Shown piece after piece: positions 61,665 through 64,000 of a stretch of 64,000 nt of DNA; the first letter of the stretch is position 1; every line of letters starts with the position of its first letter. The position numbers and the translations under genes were made by a program. The DNA comes from Raja brachyura. Its lineage: Eukaryota. A model generated the notes under the pieces. The model was not told the origin of the DNA and made no database searches. It saw nothing but the letters and a program-made list of their open reading frames with translations. Location: contig OY740789.1 of NCBI GenBank assembly GCA_963514005.1, positions 62,310,001 through 62,374,000 of the forward strand, read 5' to 3'.

Positions 61665-63160
61665 CCGAACCAGGGCACGATGCAACCAGTCAGAATGCTC
61701 CCCACCGTGCACCTGTAGAGGTTTAGGATAATCCTCTTCGACATGCGGAATCTCCGTAATCTTCTCAGGAAGTAGAGTCACTGATGTGCCTTCTTTACAA
61801 TTGCATCAGTGTGCTGGGCCCAGGAAAGATCTTCTGATATATGCACGCCCAGGAATTTGAAGTTATTGACCCCCTCCACCATTGTCCCGTTAATATAAAC
61901 AGGATTGTGGGTCCTCATCCTTCCCCTACCAAAGTCCACAATCAGTGCCTTGGTCTTACTGATGTTGAGAGCCAGGTTGTTGTGCTGGCATCATTTGGTC
62001 AATCGGTCGAACTCACTTCTATACTCTGACTCGTCTCCATCAGTGATACGTTCCACAACAATGGTGTCGTCGGCGAACTTGATGATGGAGTTCGCACTAT
62101 GACTGGCTACGCAGTCATGGGTATAGAGTGAGTACAGCAGGGGACTGAGCACGCAGCCTTGAGGTGCTCCCGTACTAATTGTTACCGAGGATGAAGTGGT
62201 TTCTCCAATTCGAACACACTGTGGTCTGTGGATGAGGAAGTCGAAGATCCAATTGCAGAGGGATGCGCAGAGACCCAGTTCCGTGAGCTTGGTAACCAGC
62301 TTGAAAGGGATGATGGTATTAAACACTGGGCTGTGGTCTATAAACAACAGCCCGACGTAGGTGTTTTTATTGTCCGAGTGGTCCAGTGCGGAGTGGAGAG
62401 CCAGCGAAATTGCATCCCCCGTTGACCTGTTGAGGTGGTATGCGAACTATAGTTGGTCACGGTTCTTGTCGAGGTAGGAGTTGATGTGCACCATAACCAA
62501 CCTCACAAAGCACTTCATCACCACAGACGTTAGTGCAACTGGTCGATAGTCATTGAGGCACGTCACCTTACTTGGGCACCAGTATTATTGCTCTCTTAAA
62601 GCAGGTGGGAACCTCAGACCTCAGAAGTGCGAGGTTGAAAATGCCTGCAAAAACTCCCGCCAGTTGGTCTGCACTGGCCTTGATATCTCGACCAGGTATA
62701 CCATCAGGCCCAGGTGCTTTCCGAGGGTTCGCCCCCCTGAAGGATCTTCTGACATCAGCCTCTGTGACTGTAACACCATCATGGCGAATAGGGGCTGAGA
62801 AAGGCACATCACTGTTCTCCCTATCGAACCGTGCGTAGAACACATTGAGCTCGTCAGGGAGTGATGATTCGCTGTCGTTTTAGCCGCTTCCTGATGTCGC
62901 CTTGCAGGAGGTGATGTCATTCAAACCGTTCCACAGTTGCCGAACATCCGTCTCATCCTCCAGCTGAGAGCAGAAGTCCCTTTTGGCCTTTTTGATGGCC
63001 TTACCAAGGTCGTATCTGGACTTCTTATAGACCTCTGCATCGCCAGACCTGAATGCCCGGGATCTGGACTTCAGGAGAATGCGGATCTCATGGTTCATCA
63101 AAGGCTTCTGGTTAGGAAACATTCGGAAGGTTTTTGTTGGAACGCAGTCCTCCACACACT
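61665..63160 (-). mobile_element. Rex1/Babar LINE internal ORF2 fragment (RT), degenerate
   Basis: VPTKTFRMFPNQKP..., [31 protein letters not shown]...IIKFADDT. Confidence 0.93.
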
Positions 63161-63184
63161 CTATATCCGGCAGCAGACAGACCC

Positions 63185-63565
63185 AAGATCATGATCCGTT
63201 CCCTAAAGAGGCTTCCCATCGCGGCACTGCGCTTCGGTGCATCTCTCACAATGTACTTCCACAATCTGGGAAAGGCCAGCCAGCAATATTTCCTTTTTGA
63301 CATCTGGGAGTACTGGAAAAACACCAACAAGTTTAGGGCAGACCAAAGAACATCTTTCACCAAATTAATGGTCTTCCAGCAGCAGTTGATGTTTAACTCC
63401 GAGTGTCCTTGGAAACAGCCAATAAATCAGAGGGCACACTGTTACACAGCTGCTTGGGATGAATTGTAACAAGGTCCTTGCATCCTTCTCCAGAAATCCA
63501 TGCTCTGCGAAGAGCTGGGCAACCATCTCCTCTCCGTAGCAGTTGTCCAGAGCGCAGTGTGCATC
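63185..63565 (-). mobile_element. Tx1/L1-clade LINE ORF2 C-terminal remnant
   Basis: VKDVLWSALNLLVF...CWLAFPRLWKYIVRDA resembles Tx1-type VKDALWSARNLLVF..CCRLA..VLRDA (recalled). Confidence 0.55.
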
Positions 63566-63568
63566 ATT

Positions 63569-64000
63569 AGAAACATAGAAACATAGAAATTAGGTGCAGG
63601 AATAGGCCATTCGGCCCTTCGAGCCTGCACCGCCATTCAATATGATCATGGCTGATCATCCAACTCAGTATCCCGTACCTGCCTTCTCTCCATACCCTCT
63701 GATCCCCTTAGCCACAAGGGCCACATCTAACTCCCTCTTAAATATATCCAATGAACTGGCCTCAACTACCATCTGTGGCAGAGAATTCCAGAGACCCACC
63801 ACTCTCTGTGTGAAAAAATTTCTTCTCATCTCGGTCCTAAAGGATTTCCCCCTTATCCTTAAGCTGTGACCCCTTGTCCTGGACGTCCCCAACATCGGGA
63901 ACAATCTTCCTGCATCTAGCCTGTCCAACCCCTTAAGAATCTTGTAAGTTTCTATAAGATCCCCTCTCAATCTCCTAAATTCTAGAGAGTATAAACCGAG
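63569..64000 (-). mobile_element. Young CR1 LINE 3' end (continues past the window)
   Basis: ORF 63665..63970; near-identical to 59200-59640 in reverse orientation. Confidence 0.95.

Overview
AT-rich vertebrate genomic DNA, most likely from a cartilaginous fish such as a skate or ray (inferred from HE1-type V-SINEs, CR1/HER1, Rex1 and Penelope repeats). The window lies inside one + strand gene, pecanex 1 (PCNX1). I traced 21 consecutive internal coding exons (11204-60770, 2797 nt, about 932 codons). Their GT-AG sites and phases join into one stop-free reading frame covering the transmembrane region and the Pecanex_C region; start and stop codons lie outside the window. One intron (47620-49176) is a minor-spliceosome (U12) GT-AG intron. 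The introns are full of mobile elements: CR1, Rex1/Babar and Tx1-like LINEs, V-SINEs, Penelope-like elements, a deleted Gypsy LTR element, Tc1, two PIF/Harbinger MITEs and a probable Helitron end. The most unusual signal is more than 10 short Penelope-terminus repeats carrying a minimal hammerhead-ribozyme motif (CTGAnGA-stem-GAAACGTC). They occur as ~90-100 bp solo insertions with TSDs and as fold-back palindromes. All homology calls are from recall of known families, not from database searches.
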